A stretch of 64,000 nucleotides of DNA. Source: Spirochaetia bacterium (GTDB lineage Bacteria; Spirochaetota; Spirochaetia; DSM-2461). The stretch lies in the NCBI GenBank assembly GCA_963666985.2, contig CAXXIA010000002.1:2176001-2240000 (forward strand). Direction: 5' to 3'. Position numbers and translations under genes: made by a program. This document shows, piece after piece, positions 29,295 to 39,286 of this stretch (position 1 is its first letter; the number at the start of each line of letters is the position of its first letter). Under the pieces are notes generated by a model. That model was given only the letters and a program-made list of their open reading frames with translations, was not told the DNA's origin and searched no databases.

Positions 29295-30361
29295 TGACCG
29301 CTGATTCGGCCGTTTCAAAAGAAGTGAAATTCGGTGTTGTCGGCGTGGGGGTTATCGCCTCGTTTCACGCCAAAGCCCTTGCTGAAATTCCCGGAGCGAA
29401 ACTGAGCGCCTGTACGGATGTCGTTCCGGAAAGATCGGCTTCGTTTGCGTCCGAATACGGAGCTCGCGCCGTTGATTCGGTGGATGAGATGATCGCCGGG
29501 GATTTGGTGGACGCGGTTATTATCTGCACGCCTTCGGGGCTGCATCTGGAACCGGCCTTGGCCGCGGCCGCGGCCGGAAAGCATCTGGTGATTGAGAAAC
29601 CTCTGGAGATTACACCCGAGCGCTGCGATCAAATTATTGCGGCGGCCCGGAAGAACGGCGTTAAAGTCGCCGGTATTTTCCCCAGCCGTTTTTCAGACGG
29701 GGCGAAGCTGCTGAAAGCCGCCCTGGATGAGGGCCGATTCGGAACTCTTTCGGTGGCGGACGCCGCCGTTAAATGGCACCGCGGCGAGGAGTACTACGCT
29801 CAAGCCGGCTGGAGAGGCACCTGGAAACTGGACGGCGGCGGGGCTCTGATGAATCAGTCCATCCACGCGGTGGATCTGGTTCAGTGGCTCAGCGGCGGGA
29901 TTTGTGAAGTGAGCGCCTACGCGGCGACTTTGGCCCATGAGGGGCTGGAGGTGGAAGATACGGCCGCCGCCGCCGTTCGCCACGGGAACGGAGCGTTGGG
30001 AACCATTACGGGAACCACGGCATCCTGGCCGGGCTGGGCCAAACGGATTGAAGTTTCCGGCAGCATGGGCAGCGCCGCCATCGAGGATGATAAAATCGTC
30101 CGCTGGGAATTCGCGCGGGAACAGGACGGGGACGCCCAAATCAGAGCCGGATTCGCCGAAGCGGAATCCGGCGTCGGAGGCGCCGGGGATCCGAAGGCCA
30201 TCGGTTACGAGGGGCATCGCCGTCAACTGGCCGATTTCGTCCAAGCTCTTGCCGAAGATAGAGAACCGATGGTAAACGGTGAGGAAGCCCGGAAGGCCGT
30301 CGCCGTTATCGACGCCATCTACCGGAGCGCGAAAAACGGAGAGCGGGTGAAGTTATCCTGA
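29294..30361 (+). CDS. Gfo/Idh/MocA family oxidoreductase
   Basis: GVGVIA, EKP, WRGTWKLDGGGALMNQSIH. Confidence 0.9.
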   Translation: MTADSAVSKEVKFGVVGVGVIASFHAKALAEIPGAKLSACTDVVPERSASFASEYGARAVDSVDEMIAGDLVDAVIICTPSGLHLEPALAAAAAGKHLVIEKPLEITPERCDQIIAAARKNGVKVAGIFPSRFSDGAKLLKAALDEGRFGTLSVADAAVKWHRGEEYYAQAGWRGTWKLDGGGALMNQSIHAVDLVQWLSGGICEVSAYAATLAHEGLEVEDTAAAAVRHGNGALGTITGTTASWPGWAKRIEVSGSMGSAAIEDDKIVRWEFAREQDGDAQIRAGFAEAESGVGGAGDPKAIGYEGHRRQLADFVQALAEDREPMVNGEEARKAVAVIDAIYRSAKNGERVKLS

Positions 30362-30400
30362 ATGCTTCGTTGACGAAAATTCAGGGGAGAGTACCGCACC

Positions 30401-31756
30401 ATGAAAGAATTCCACCGCTTTAAACTTGAGACCTATGACGATCTCAAATCCGATCTCGCCGCGATAGGGGCCGACTTGCCCATTTCATCGGATTTCGCCG
30501 TTCTGGGCGAGAAAGTCTCTCTGAGCGGCGGACGGACGCTTCCCAACCGGTTCATCGTTCAGCCCATGGAAGGCGTGGACGGAGAGCCTAAAGACGGTGC
30601 GCCGTCTGAGTATACGTTCCGCCGCTACCGCCGTTTCGCCGAGGGCGGCAGCGGCCTGATTTGGGCCGAGTCCGCAGCCGTTGTTCCCGAGGGCTGTTCC
30701 GGAACCCGGCAGCTTCAGATAACGCAAAGCAATCTGGATGTGTACAAGCGCCTGGTGGAAGAAACTCATCAGGCGGCCCGGAAGAGCCGCGGCCATGACA
30801 TTGTTTTTATTCTTCAATTAACGCATTCGGGCCGCTTCAGCCGTCCCGGCGGAACACCTGCGCCGATGAAAGCCCACAACAATCCTTTTTTGGATGAACC
30901 TCTGGGAATGACCGATCGGAAGCCTGTTTCCGACGATTACCTGGATAGCCTTCAGGAGAAGTTTGTTCACGCGGCCACTCTTGCCGCCGAGGCGGGTTTC
31001 GACGGCGTGGACATCAAAGGCGTCCATGGTTATTTGGCCGCGGAACTGCTGGGCGCGCATCGCCGGGAAGGAAAGTACGGCGGTTCCTATGAAAACCGAA
31101 CTCGGTTTCTCAAAGAGACTCTTCGGATGACCCGGGACGCCCTGCCGCCGGAGGTGATCGTTACTTCTCGATTCACCGCTTTGGAGCCGACTCCTTATCC
31201 GTACGGCTGGGGTGTGGCGCCGGTGGAAGCCGAGACTTGGGAAATGGATTTATCCGAACCGAAACGCCTGATGGGCGAACTTCTGGAACTCGCTCCGCCC
31301 GTTCTGAATGTTTCCATCGGCTGGCCCCGAGTAAAGCCGTATTTGAACAGACCCCATGACAACTCACTGGTCGGTTTGCCTCATCCTCCCGAATATCCTC
31401 TTGTGGGAGTGGTTCGATTTCAGGAAACGATTCGGGAAATGCAGTCGGTCGCGGGGAACATCCCTTTGCCGACCGCGGCCTTGGCATGGCTTCGGCATTT
31501 GATGCCGGGCGCGGCCGCCGGTTTGGTTTCCGAAGGATGGTGTTCTTTGATCGGTCTCGGCCGCACATCGTTCGCCTATCCGGATTTTCCCCGGGATCTT
31601 CTGGATAAGGGAGAAATCGACCGTTCGAAGTGCTGCACCACCTGTTCGATGTGTTCCCAGATTATGAAGGACGGCGTGGCCAGAACCGGCTGCGTTATCA
31701 GAGACAGGGAACTCTACGGTCCGGAATTGAAGAGGGGCCGTCTAGCTCAGGGGTGA
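30401..31756 (+). CDS. NADH:flavin oxidoreductase (Old Yellow Enzyme family) with C-terminal Cys cluster
   Basis: NRFIVQPMEG, QLTHSGR, GFDGVDIKGVHGYL, YGGSYENR, CTTCSMC..C. Confidence 0.88.
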   Translation: MKEFHRFKLETYDDLKSDLAAIGADLPISSDFAVLGEKVSLSGGRTLPNRFIVQPMEGVDGEPKDGAPSEYTFRRYRRFAEGGSGLIWAESAAVVPEGCSGTRQLQITQSNLDVYKRLVEETHQAARKSRGHDIVFILQLTHSGRFSRPGGTPAPMKAHNNPFLDEPLGMTDRKPVSDDYLDSLQEKFVHAATLAAEAGFDGVDIKGVHGYLAAELLGAHRREGKYGGSYENRTRFLKETLRMTRDALPPEVIVTSRFTALEPTPYPYGWGVAPVEAETWEMDLSEPKRLMGELLELAPPVLNVSIGWPRVKPYLNRPHDNSLVGLPHPPEYPLVGVVRFQETIREMQSVAGNIPLPTAALAWLRHLMPGAAAGLVSEGWCSLIGLGRTSFAYPDFPRDLLDKGEIDRSKCCTTCSMCSQIMKDGVARTGCVIRDRELYGPELKRGRLAQG

Positions 31757-31899
31757 TGGCGAGCATGACCCTGAGTCGGCGGAGCGAATTTTGCGCTCTC
31801 GGTGTTAAGGCCGCCGTATAAGACGGCCGCGCGGCGTCCCTGAGAGGTGGTTTCAGCGGCTGCCGAAAGCTGCCGCCCGGCGATATAAAGGAAGCGGAA

Positions 31900-32673
31900 A
31901 TGAACAAGAAGAAACCCGTTGCTTTGGTAACCGGAGGAAGCCGGGGAATCGGCTACGGCATCGCGCAAAAGCTCGCCGAGGAAGGATATGACCTGGCGAT
32001 TTGCGGTCGCAGGAGCGCGGCGGATGTGGATGAATCCCTGGACCCTCTTCGAAAGGCCGGCGGGGAGGTTCTCTATATGAGGGCGGATATCGGTTCGGGC
32101 AATGACAGAGCTTCTCTGCTGGATGCGGTTTGGGAGCGATTCGGCCGGCTGGATGTTCTGGTGAACAATGCCGGAATGGCGCCGCGGGAGAGACGGGACA
32201 TTCTGGAGGCAACCGAAGAGAGTTTCGATGAGGTGATGGGAACGAATCTTCGGGGTCCGTATTTTCTCACTCAGGCGGCGGCCCGCCGTATGGTGGAGGC
32301 ATCCAAAGAGGGGCTTCGGGGGTCAATCGTTTTTATAACATCGGTTTCATCAACGGTTGCCTCGGTGAGCCGGGGAGAATACTGTCTCTCGAAGGCCGCT
32401 TTAAGCATGGCCGCGCGTCTTTGGGCGGTTCGTCTGGCCGAGTTCGGAATCAACGTGTACGAAGTCCGTCCCGGAGTGATTTCCACGGACATGACCTCCG
32501 GCGTGAAGGAAAAGTACGACAGCCTTTTTTCCGATGGGCTGGCACTCCAGCAAAGATGGGGAACTCCGGAGGATGTCGGCCGGGCGGTGGCGGCTCTTGT
32601 TCGGGGTGACTTCCCTTATTCCACGGGTCAGGCTATCAATGTCGACGGGGGCATGACGGTCGGGCGATTGTGA
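31900..32673 (+). CDS. Short-chain dehydrogenase/reductase
   Basis: TGGSRGIG, NNAG, YCLSK. Confidence 0.9.
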   Translation: MNKKKPVALVTGGSRGIGYGIAQKLAEEGYDLAICGRRSAADVDESLDPLRKAGGEVLYMRADIGSGNDRASLLDAVWERFGRLDVLVNNAGMAPRERRDILEATEESFDEVMGTNLRGPYFLTQAAARRMVEASKEGLRGSIVFITSVSSTVASVSRGEYCLSKAALSMAARLWAVRLAEFGINVYEVRPGVISTDMTSGVKEKYDSLFSDGLALQQRWGTPEDVGRAVAALVRGDFPYSTGQAINVDGGMTVGRL

Positions 32674-32846
32674 TTATCAGCGCCGCGCGATACGAAGCTG
32701 TCGGCCGTCTCTGATAATCGGCGGCTTGCGAAACGAGTCCGGCGTTTTTTATATGTGTCCGAAGCCGGAGCCGACTGCGGGGGATAACCTCAGCCGGAGT
32801 ATGACTTCGGCCGTCTGGAATATCGGCGGGAAGGAGGCGTTGCGGA

Positions 32847-34925
32847 ATGGCGAATAAAGAAAATCGCGAGTGTTTATCGCTTCGTCGGCATCGTTCCAAG
32901 GTTCTCATCATCGGTTCCGGCGCGGCCGGGCTGAACGCGGCTCTTCAGCTTCACGTTCGGGGCATCGAAGACATCATCATCATCACCGAGTCCCTGGACG
33001 GGGGAACCTCCATCAATACCGGATCGGATAAACAGACCTACTATAAAATCGGAATGAACGGTTCGGCCGGGGATTCACCCCGTGCCATGGCGGCTCAGTA
33101 TCTGAAAGCCGGTTCCATGCACGGAGATTTGGCTCTGGTGGAAGCCGCCGTTTCCGCTCGGGCTTTCCTGAATCTGGTGAATCTGGGCGTGGATTTCCCC
33201 ACCGACGAGTACGGGCAGTTCATCGGCTATCAAACCGATCATGACGAGGTGGGGCGGGGCAGTTCCGTGGGACCTTATACCTCGCGGGATATGTGCCGCG
33301 CCCTGATTGCCGAGGTTCTCCGCCGGGGAATCCGCATTGATGAAAACCGCCACGCAGCCCGTCTTGTTTGGGTGAATGAAGGGGAAGAGCGCCGGGTTGT
33401 CGGAGCTTTGGCTCCGGACGAGTCGGGGAATCTTCACGCCTATCGGGCGGATCATACGGTTTTCGCCGTGGGCGGTCCGGGAGGACTCTATGCTCGGAGC
33501 GTGTATCCGGCGGTGCATATCGGCGCCATCGGTTTGGCTCTGGAAGCCGGAGCTCTGGCTCGAGGCTTGCCGGAGTGCCAGTACGGTTTGGCTTCGACGA
33601 AGTTTCGCTGGAATGTTTCGGGAACCTTTATGCAGGTTATTCCGCGGTTCGTTTCCACCGATGCCGACGGAGTGAGCGGTGAGCGGGAGTTTTTAAACGG
33701 CTACTTTCCCCGGCCTGAAAACGCCCATTCGATGGTGTTCCTCAAGGGCTACCAATGGCCCTTCGATGCGGCGAAACTGCCCGAAGGATCATCCCTTATC
33801 GACATTTTGGTTTATATCGAAACGGTGGAAAAGGGACGGCGGGTCTTTTTGGATTTCCGGAGCAATCCGGAGGGATTCGACTTTTCCTCTCTGAGTCCGG
33901 AGGCCCGTGAATACCTGGAAAAATCCGGTGCGCTGCAGGAGAGTCCTTTGGAGCGGCTGACTCATATGAATCCCGGCGCCGTCGAACTGTACGCGGCGCA
34001 TCATATCGATCTTTCATCCGAAATGCTGGAAATCGCCGTCTGCGCGCAGCACAACAACGGCGGGCTGGCCGCCGATCTTTGGTGGCGGTCGGAGAATCTG
34101 AAGGGCTTTTATCCGGTGGGTGAGGTGAACGGATCCCACGGCGTGGCCCGGCCGGGAGGTTCGGCCTTGAACGCGGGGCAGGTGGGCGGATTTCGGATTG
34201 CCGAGATTCTCAGCCGATGCGGCGGCGATGGCGGTTTTGGCGGCGTGATTCCGGATTCGGTTGATGAGGGTGACGGCGTTTTCGCGGAGGCTGCCGAGCG
34301 GCCGAATCCCGCAGGTACGGAAGCCGCTTTCGCCGAAGCCGCAGATACAGAGCTGCCGAATTCCTCCGTCATAGACAGCGTCTTTGAGGAGGCTGCGGCG
34401 GATCTTGAAGGCTTTCTCGGTCGCTGCCGAAAGGCATCCGTTTCCTGGAAGGATGTTCGTTCTGAAATTCAGGGCCGCATGACCCGGTTCGGGGCGCATA
34501 TCCGTTCCGAGCAGGGGTTAAAAGAAGCCGTGGAAGAGGCCCGGCGCCTCAAGAAGTTTTTGGACGAGTCTGGCTGCCGGGCTGAAACGCCTCGGGATGC
34601 GGTACAGGCCCTGCGAAACCGCCATCTCTGCCTGGCGCATCTGGTGTATCTGGAAGCGATGCTCTTTCAGCTTCGCGGCGGAGTCGGGTCCCGGGGTTCG
34701 GCCATGGTCCGCGGAAGCGGCGGCCGCCGAATTCATCCTGATTTGGATGAAGTTTCGTGGTCTTTCAGAGAAGAGAATCCCGCTTTTCGGGATTTTGTTC
34801 TGGAGACTCTCTGGAAGGATGATGGCGTTCAGAATATCTGGGTGCCGGTACGCCCGCTGCCTCAAACCGACGATTGGTTTGAAACCGCCTGGGCGCGGTA
34901 TCGGAACGGGGAAATTTACTGCTGA
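32847..34925 (+). CDS. FAD-binding protein of the succinate dehydrogenase/fumarate reductase flavoprotein superfamily
   Basis: GSGAAG, QHNNGG, GEVNGSHGVARPGGSAL, C-terminal SRG. Confidence 0.8.
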   Translation: MANKENRECLSLRRHRSKVLIIGSGAAGLNAALQLHVRGIEDIIIITESLDGGTSINTGSDKQTYYKIGMNGSAGDSPRAMAAQYLKAGSMHGDLALVEAAVSARAFLNLVNLGVDFPTDEYGQFIGYQTDHDEVGRGSSVGPYTSRDMCRALIAEVLRRGIRIDENRHAARLVWVNEGEERRVVGALAPDESGNLHAYRADHTVFAVGGPGGLYARSVYPAVHIGAIGLALEAGALARGLPECQYGLASTKFRWNVSGTFMQVIPRFVSTDADGVSGEREFLNGYFPRPENAHSMVFLKGYQWPFDAAKLPEGSSLIDILVYIETVEKGRRVFLDFRSNPEGFDFSSLSPEAREYLEKSGALQESPLERLTHMNPGAVELYAAHHIDLSSEMLEIAVCAQHNNGGLAADLWWRSENLKGFYPVGEVNGSHGVARPGGSALNAGQVGGFRIAEILSRCGGDGGFGGVIPDSVDEGDGVFAEAAERPNPAGTEAAFAEAADTELPNSSVIDSVFEEAAADLEGFLGRCRKASVSWKDVRSEIQGRMTRFGAHIRSEQGLKEAVEEARRLKKFLDESGCRAETPRDAVQALRNRHLCLAHLVYLEAMLFQLRGGVGSRGSAMVRGSGGRRIHPDLDEVSWSFREENPAFRDFVLETLWKDDGVQNIWVPVRPLPQTDDWFETAWARYRNGEIYC

Positions 34926-35109
34926 AGAGACTGTGGTGACGGCGGGAATTACTCGATTTCAGGAACAGCGGTAACGTTCTCGGATGGAAATCTTGATGCG
35001 AATTCCGATGATTTCAGCGACAATTCCATTACCGATAAATGGGGAACCTCGTATACAAAGCAGTAGAAAAAGAAGCGGATTCAAAATGATATAAACGGTT
35101 TCTTACGTG

Positions 35110-35137
35110 AAAAGGCGGCCCACAGCGGCCGCCTTTT
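35110..35137. terminator. Intrinsic terminator
   Basis: AAAAGGCGGCC-CACAGC-GGCCGCCTTTT. Confidence 0.75.
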
Positions 35138-35162
35138 ACATATCCTTAATACAATTAATAAC

Positions 35163-35191
35163 TTGACTGTATATATGGACGGCAGTACAAT
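35163..35191 (+). promoter_or_regulatory. Sigma70 promoter of the epimerase-aldolase-TetR operon
   Basis: TTGACT-N17-TACAAT. Confidence 0.7.
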
Positions 35192-35241
35192 TTAACAATA
35201 CCAACTATATTTTTGCTTTTTTGGTTGTGTAGGAGTCGTTT

Positions 35242-36279
35242 ATGAAGTTGTGGCCGGATGTGATTGAAACTGAAGAAGAACTTGATGAATTTATCAGTGA
35301 ACCTCCGCAAAAAATTGTGGACTCCGTCGGTAAATGGAAGGGAACGACTGTTGTTTTAGGCGTCGGCGGAAAGATGGGCGGGCATTTGGCCCGTATGATT
35401 GTTCGGGCCGGAGATGCCGCGGGCGGTTCGGGACGCGTTGTCGGTGTTTCCCGTTTCTCCGATTCCTCCGTCCGTGAATCCCTCGAGTCCTTCGGTATTG
35501 AAACGGTCTCCGCCGATCTTCTGGATGATTCATCCCTGAGAGCTCTCCCCGATGCCGACCGTGTGATTTATATGGCGGGCCGGAAATTCGGAACGCAAGG
35601 TTCCGAGGGACTGACATGGGCCATGAATACTCTTGCTCCCGCGGCCGCCGTCCGCCGTTATGCGGGTGTTCCCATGGTGGCCTATTCCACGGGGGCTGTT
35701 TACGATCGTGTTCCTGTTGAAAGCGGCGGCGCCGTTGAAGATTCGCCGTTAACGCCCCTGGGAGAATACGCCAACGCTGCGGTGGGCCGTGAACGCGTTC
35801 TGGAGTATGTCGGTTCCGAGACGAAAACGCCGATTTGCCTTTTTCGGCTGTTTTACTCCATCGATCTCCGCTACGGGGTTTTAAGAGATATCGGAGACAA
35901 AGTTGCCGCCGGTGAGGTTGTCGATTTGAATATGGGATATGTGAATGTCATTTGGCAGAGGGACGCCGTTGCCGCTTCCCTGCTTTGTTTTGATCTGTGT
36001 GGAATCCCGGCACGTCCGGTGAACGTGACCGGAAATGAAACCGTCGCCGTTCAAGATATTGCCCGGCGGTTCGGTGAACTTTTTGGACGTCCTCCGGTGT
36101 TCTCCGGAAAAAGCGCACCCGATGCCTTATTGGGAAATACAAGCCTGGCGAACAAATTAATCGGTTCTCCCGAGGTTCCTCTGGAAATGATGATTCGATG
36201 GACGGCCGCCTGGATTCAGTCCGGAGGATCCAACTTGGGTAAGCCGACTCATTTTGAAGTTCGCGACGGCCAATATTAA
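35242..36279 (+). CDS. NAD-dependent epimerase/dehydratase family protein
   Basis: GVGGKMG, GRKFG, STGAVY, GEYA...GRE. Confidence 0.82.
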   Translation: MKLWPDVIETEEELDEFISEPPQKIVDSVGKWKGTTVVLGVGGKMGGHLARMIVRAGDAAGGSGRVVGVSRFSDSSVRESLESFGIETVSADLLDDSSLRALPDADRVIYMAGRKFGTQGSEGLTWAMNTLAPAAAVRRYAGVPMVAYSTGAVYDRVPVESGGAVEDSPLTPLGEYANAAVGRERVLEYVGSETKTPICLFRLFYSIDLRYGVLRDIGDKVAAGEVVDLNMGYVNVIWQRDAVAASLLCFDLCGIPARPVNVTGNETVAVQDIARRFGELFGRPPVFSGKSAPDALLGNTSLANKLIGSPEVPLEMMIRWTAAWIQSGGSNLGKPTHFEVRDGQY

Positions 36280-36314
36280 CCTTTTGAATACGGCGGAGCA
36301 TTAAGGAGACCTTC

Positions 36315-37388
36315 ATGGAAATAGACAACATACCTTCCGATGTGCTGGACCGGTTTCGAACCGGATGTGTTATTCCCGCCATGCCTTTGGCTTTAAAGGC
36401 GGATGGAAGTTTCGATGAAATCAGCCAAAGGGCCCTTTTACGTTATTATTCGGATTCCGGCGCCGGCGGTTTGGCCGTCGGCGTGCATTCCACTCAATTC
36501 GCCGTGCGTGAGAGACCGGGATTTTTACAGGAATTGCTCACGTTCGCTTCAAAAAATCTGGACGAATGGAATCGGCCCAAAGCCGTTCCCTTTATGAAAA
36601 TCGCCGGCATTTGCGGAAGCCGGGATCAGGCTTTATCGGAAGCGGCCCTTGCCGCCGATGCCGGATTCCATGCGGGACTTTTAAGTTTGAAGGATTTGAA
36701 GGGACGCAGCGAAAGGGAACTTCTGGACCATGCCCGGGCCGTCGCGGAGGTTCTCCCGCTTATCGGTTTTTACCTTCAGCCGACAATCGGCGGTATGAGA
36801 CTCTCATATTCCTTTTGGAAAGGTTTTGCGTCTCTGGAGAACGTCATCGGCGTTAAGGCGGCTCCGTTCAATCGGTATGCCACCTTGGATGTGATCAGAG
36901 GCGTCGCCGATTCCGAACGGGCCGATTTGGTAAGTCTCTACACCGGAAACGACGACAGTATCGTGTCTGATTTCATATCGCCGTTTTCCGTGAAGAAAGC
37001 GGACGGAAGCGTTGTTGAAATGTCTTTTGTCGGAGGACTTTTGGGGCATTGGGGGGTGTGGACTTCCGCGGCCGTTCGGCTGTTCGAAACGCTTCGTAAA
37101 GTGATGGATAGCGGAGAATCCGTTTCTCAAGATATCTTAAGACTGGCAGCGGAGGTTACCGATATGAATTCCGCGGTTTTCGATGCGGCCAACGGCTTTG
37201 CCGGATGCATTCCGGGAATCCATGAAGTTCTCTATCGTCAGGGGCTGACCGAATCTCCGCGATGCCTGAATTCGGAAGAAATCCTTTCTCCCGGACAAGC
37301 CGATGAGATTTCTCGTGTTTGCGTTTCATATCCGCATCTTATAGATAATGACTTTGTTGCCGAACATTTAAGCAAATGGCGAAGTTAA
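36315..37388 (+). CDS. Dihydrodipicolinate synthase/N-acetylneuraminate lyase family aldolase or dehydratase
   Basis: IPAMPLAL, GVHSTQF, YLQP (Tyr), GVKAAPF (Schiff-base Lys), TGNDD. Confidence 0.82.
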   Translation: MEIDNIPSDVLDRFRTGCVIPAMPLALKADGSFDEISQRALLRYYSDSGAGGLAVGVHSTQFAVRERPGFLQELLTFASKNLDEWNRPKAVPFMKIAGICGSRDQALSEAALAADAGFHAGLLSLKDLKGRSERELLDHARAVAEVLPLIGFYLQPTIGGMRLSYSFWKGFASLENVIGVKAAPFNRYATLDVIRGVADSERADLVSLYTGNDDSIVSDFISPFSVKKADGSVVEMSFVGGLLGHWGVWTSAAVRLFETLRKVMDSGESVSQDILRLAAEVTDMNSAVFDAANGFAGCIPGIHEVLYRQGLTESPRCLNSEEILSPGQADEISRVCVSYPHLIDNDFVAEHLSKWRS

Positions 37389-38014
37389 AAACTAAACGAG
37401 AAGGTATTGAAGCTTCTTCGGTAAGAGGCCGTGCGACACGGGACCGAATCTTTCGGGTCGCTACCGCCGAGTTTGCCGCCAAGGGGTATGACGGAGCCCG
37501 CATCGATGTTATTGCCGAAAAAGCGGGAATCAACAAGCAGCGGATTTATGCCTATTTCGGTGATAAAGACGGTCTGTTCACGGAAGTTTGGAAACATACT
37601 CTGGATCTTCTTTACGAAGAAGACAGTCAGTTCGGTGATTTGGGAGAACAGGATGTTCCGAATCTGGGAAGGATTATTCTGAAAAGTTATATGGACTTCC
37701 ATGATTCGCATCCCGAATTCTGGCGGATATTCGTTATCGAAAATCTTGTCGGCGGAAGACACGGCCGTCCGAGCCGCCGGAGAAAAGGTCAGCCCTACGG
37801 TCATCTTCGGGAACTTTATGCCATGGGTCAGAAGAAAGAATTTTACGACAAGAATGTTTCCTTTGAAGCGTTCATTTTCGTTTTAACCGGCATCAGTTCT
37901 TTTTATACTTCCAATAAGAAAACCATGACCGACACCTTGGGAATCAATCTTCTGGATTCGTCGGTTAAGGAACGTCTTATCGAAGAAATGGACCGAATGC
38001 TTTTTGGAAAGTAG
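37376..38014 (+). CDS. TetR/AcrR family regulator
   Basis: EFAAKGYDGARIDVIAEKAGINKQRIYAYFGDK HTH. Confidence 0.9.
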   Translation: MAKLKTKREGIEASSVRGRATRDRIFRVATAEFAAKGYDGARIDVIAEKAGINKQRIYAYFGDKDGLFTEVWKHTLDLLYEEDSQFGDLGEQDVPNLGRIILKSYMDFHDSHPEFWRIFVIENLVGGRHGRPSRRRKGQPYGHLRELYAMGQKKEFYDKNVSFEAFIFVLTGISSFYTSNKKTMTDTLGINLLDSSVKERLIEEMDRMLFGK

Positions 38015-38023
38015 TCATCATAA

Positions 38024-39286
38024 ATGAATGTTTATTTGCCTGAGAACGCTGTTGAAGCCGTTCTCGGCCGTGCCGCTGAATTCCGTCATGCCCTGCACGC
38101 AGCACCGGAAACCGCATTGGAAGAACAGGAAACCAGAAATCTCCTGCTGGAGTATTTGGGAGAAGGATTCCGGTATAAAGAGCCTCTTCTCGGCACCGAT
38201 CTTATTGTTGAATGGCCCGGACGGGATGATTCGGTTTGTATCGCCTTGCGTGCCGATATGGACGCTTTGGCCCTGGAAGAAGAGACCGGCCGAAGCTGGT
38301 CTTCACGGAATCCGGGCAAGATGCATGCCTGCGGACACGACGGCCATATGGCGATTCTGGCTTCCGCGGCCTTAATGCTCAAAGAAAACAAGTGTCTTCC
38401 TCCCGTGACGGTTCGTTTTGTTTTTCAGCCGGGTGAGGAGGTGGTTGGAGCCGGAAGAACTCTGGCCGCCCGAGGGGCTTATTCCGGTGCCCGGGCCGCC
38501 TTCGCGCTGCATGGGTGGCCCGATGTGCCGCTGGGATCCATAGCCTTTAGGGAAGGAATCTTTTTCGGAGCCAGTCACCATTTTTCCGCATTGTTCCGGG
38601 GAAAGGGGGGACATGGAGCCCATCCCGAACGTTCGAAGAATCCGCTGCCTGTTGCGGCCGAGGCCTTATTGAAGCTCAATGCCCTGGGCGATTCCCTGGA
38701 TTACCGGATGGGTGAGGTGGTTTCGGTCTGCTCCCTCCAGGGCGGCCGTGCGTCCAATGTTATTCCGGAGGCGGCCCGCCTTATGGGAACGGTCCGGTAT
38801 CGGGAGGCTTGCAGAGGCGAAGCTTTGGAGAAGGAAGTTCGCCGCATTATTACGGAAGCCGCCGAGAAGGGCGGTATTTCCGCGGATTTGGATTACGACC
38901 GGGCTTACGAGGTTCCCGTGGTGAATCATCCGTCAGGATGCGCGGCTCTTAAGAGGGCCGCGGCCGGTTCGCATATAGCTGCTCCACTGACTTGCGGTTC
39001 GTCGGAAACCGGTTCACCCGCGGCCTATTCGTCTCATTCTGATTTGCGGGAAAGCGTCGGTTGTTCATTATCATTCAGGCCCATCCCGGTTATTGAGACA
39101 ACCGAGATTGAACGCGGTTCGGAAGATTTCGCCTACGCTCTGGAGTTGGTGCCCGGCGCTCTTTTTAAGCTGGGACTGGGTGATGTCGCGCCGCTGCATT
39201 CCCCCCATTTCGATTTTCCCGACGAGGCTTTGGGTTTCGGGATTGCGATGATGGGACGTTTGGCCATGAACGGAGGCTCTTCATGA
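38024..39286 (+). CDS. M20 family amidohydrolase
   Basis: RADMDAL, MHACGHDGH, FQPGEE, GGHGAHP, SEDF, LHSPHF. Confidence 0.9.
   Translation: MNVYLPENAVEAVLGRAAEFRHALHAAPETALEEQETRNLLLEYLGEGFRYKEPLLGTDLIVEWPGRDDSVCIALRADMDALALEEETGRSWSSRNPGKMHACGHDGHMAILASAALMLKENKCLPPVTVRFVFQPGEEVVGAGRTLAARGAYSGARAAFALHGWPDVPLGSIAFREGIFFGASHHFSALFRGKGGHGAHPERSKNPLPVAAEALLKLNALGDSLDYRMGEVVSVCSLQGGRASNVIPEAARLMGTVRYREACRGEALEKEVRRIITEAAEKGGISADLDYDRAYEVPVVNHPSGCAALKRAAAGSHIAAPLTCGSSETGSPAAYSSHSDLRESVGCSLSFRPIPVIETTEIERGSEDFAYALELVPGALFKLGLGDVAPLHSPHFDFPDEALGFGIAMMGRLAMNGGSS

Noticed and set aside
35167..35182. LexA SOS box (CTGTATATATGGACGG)
   Set aside because: The right half deviates from ACAG, the genes are catabolic, and the site is explained as promoter spacer.
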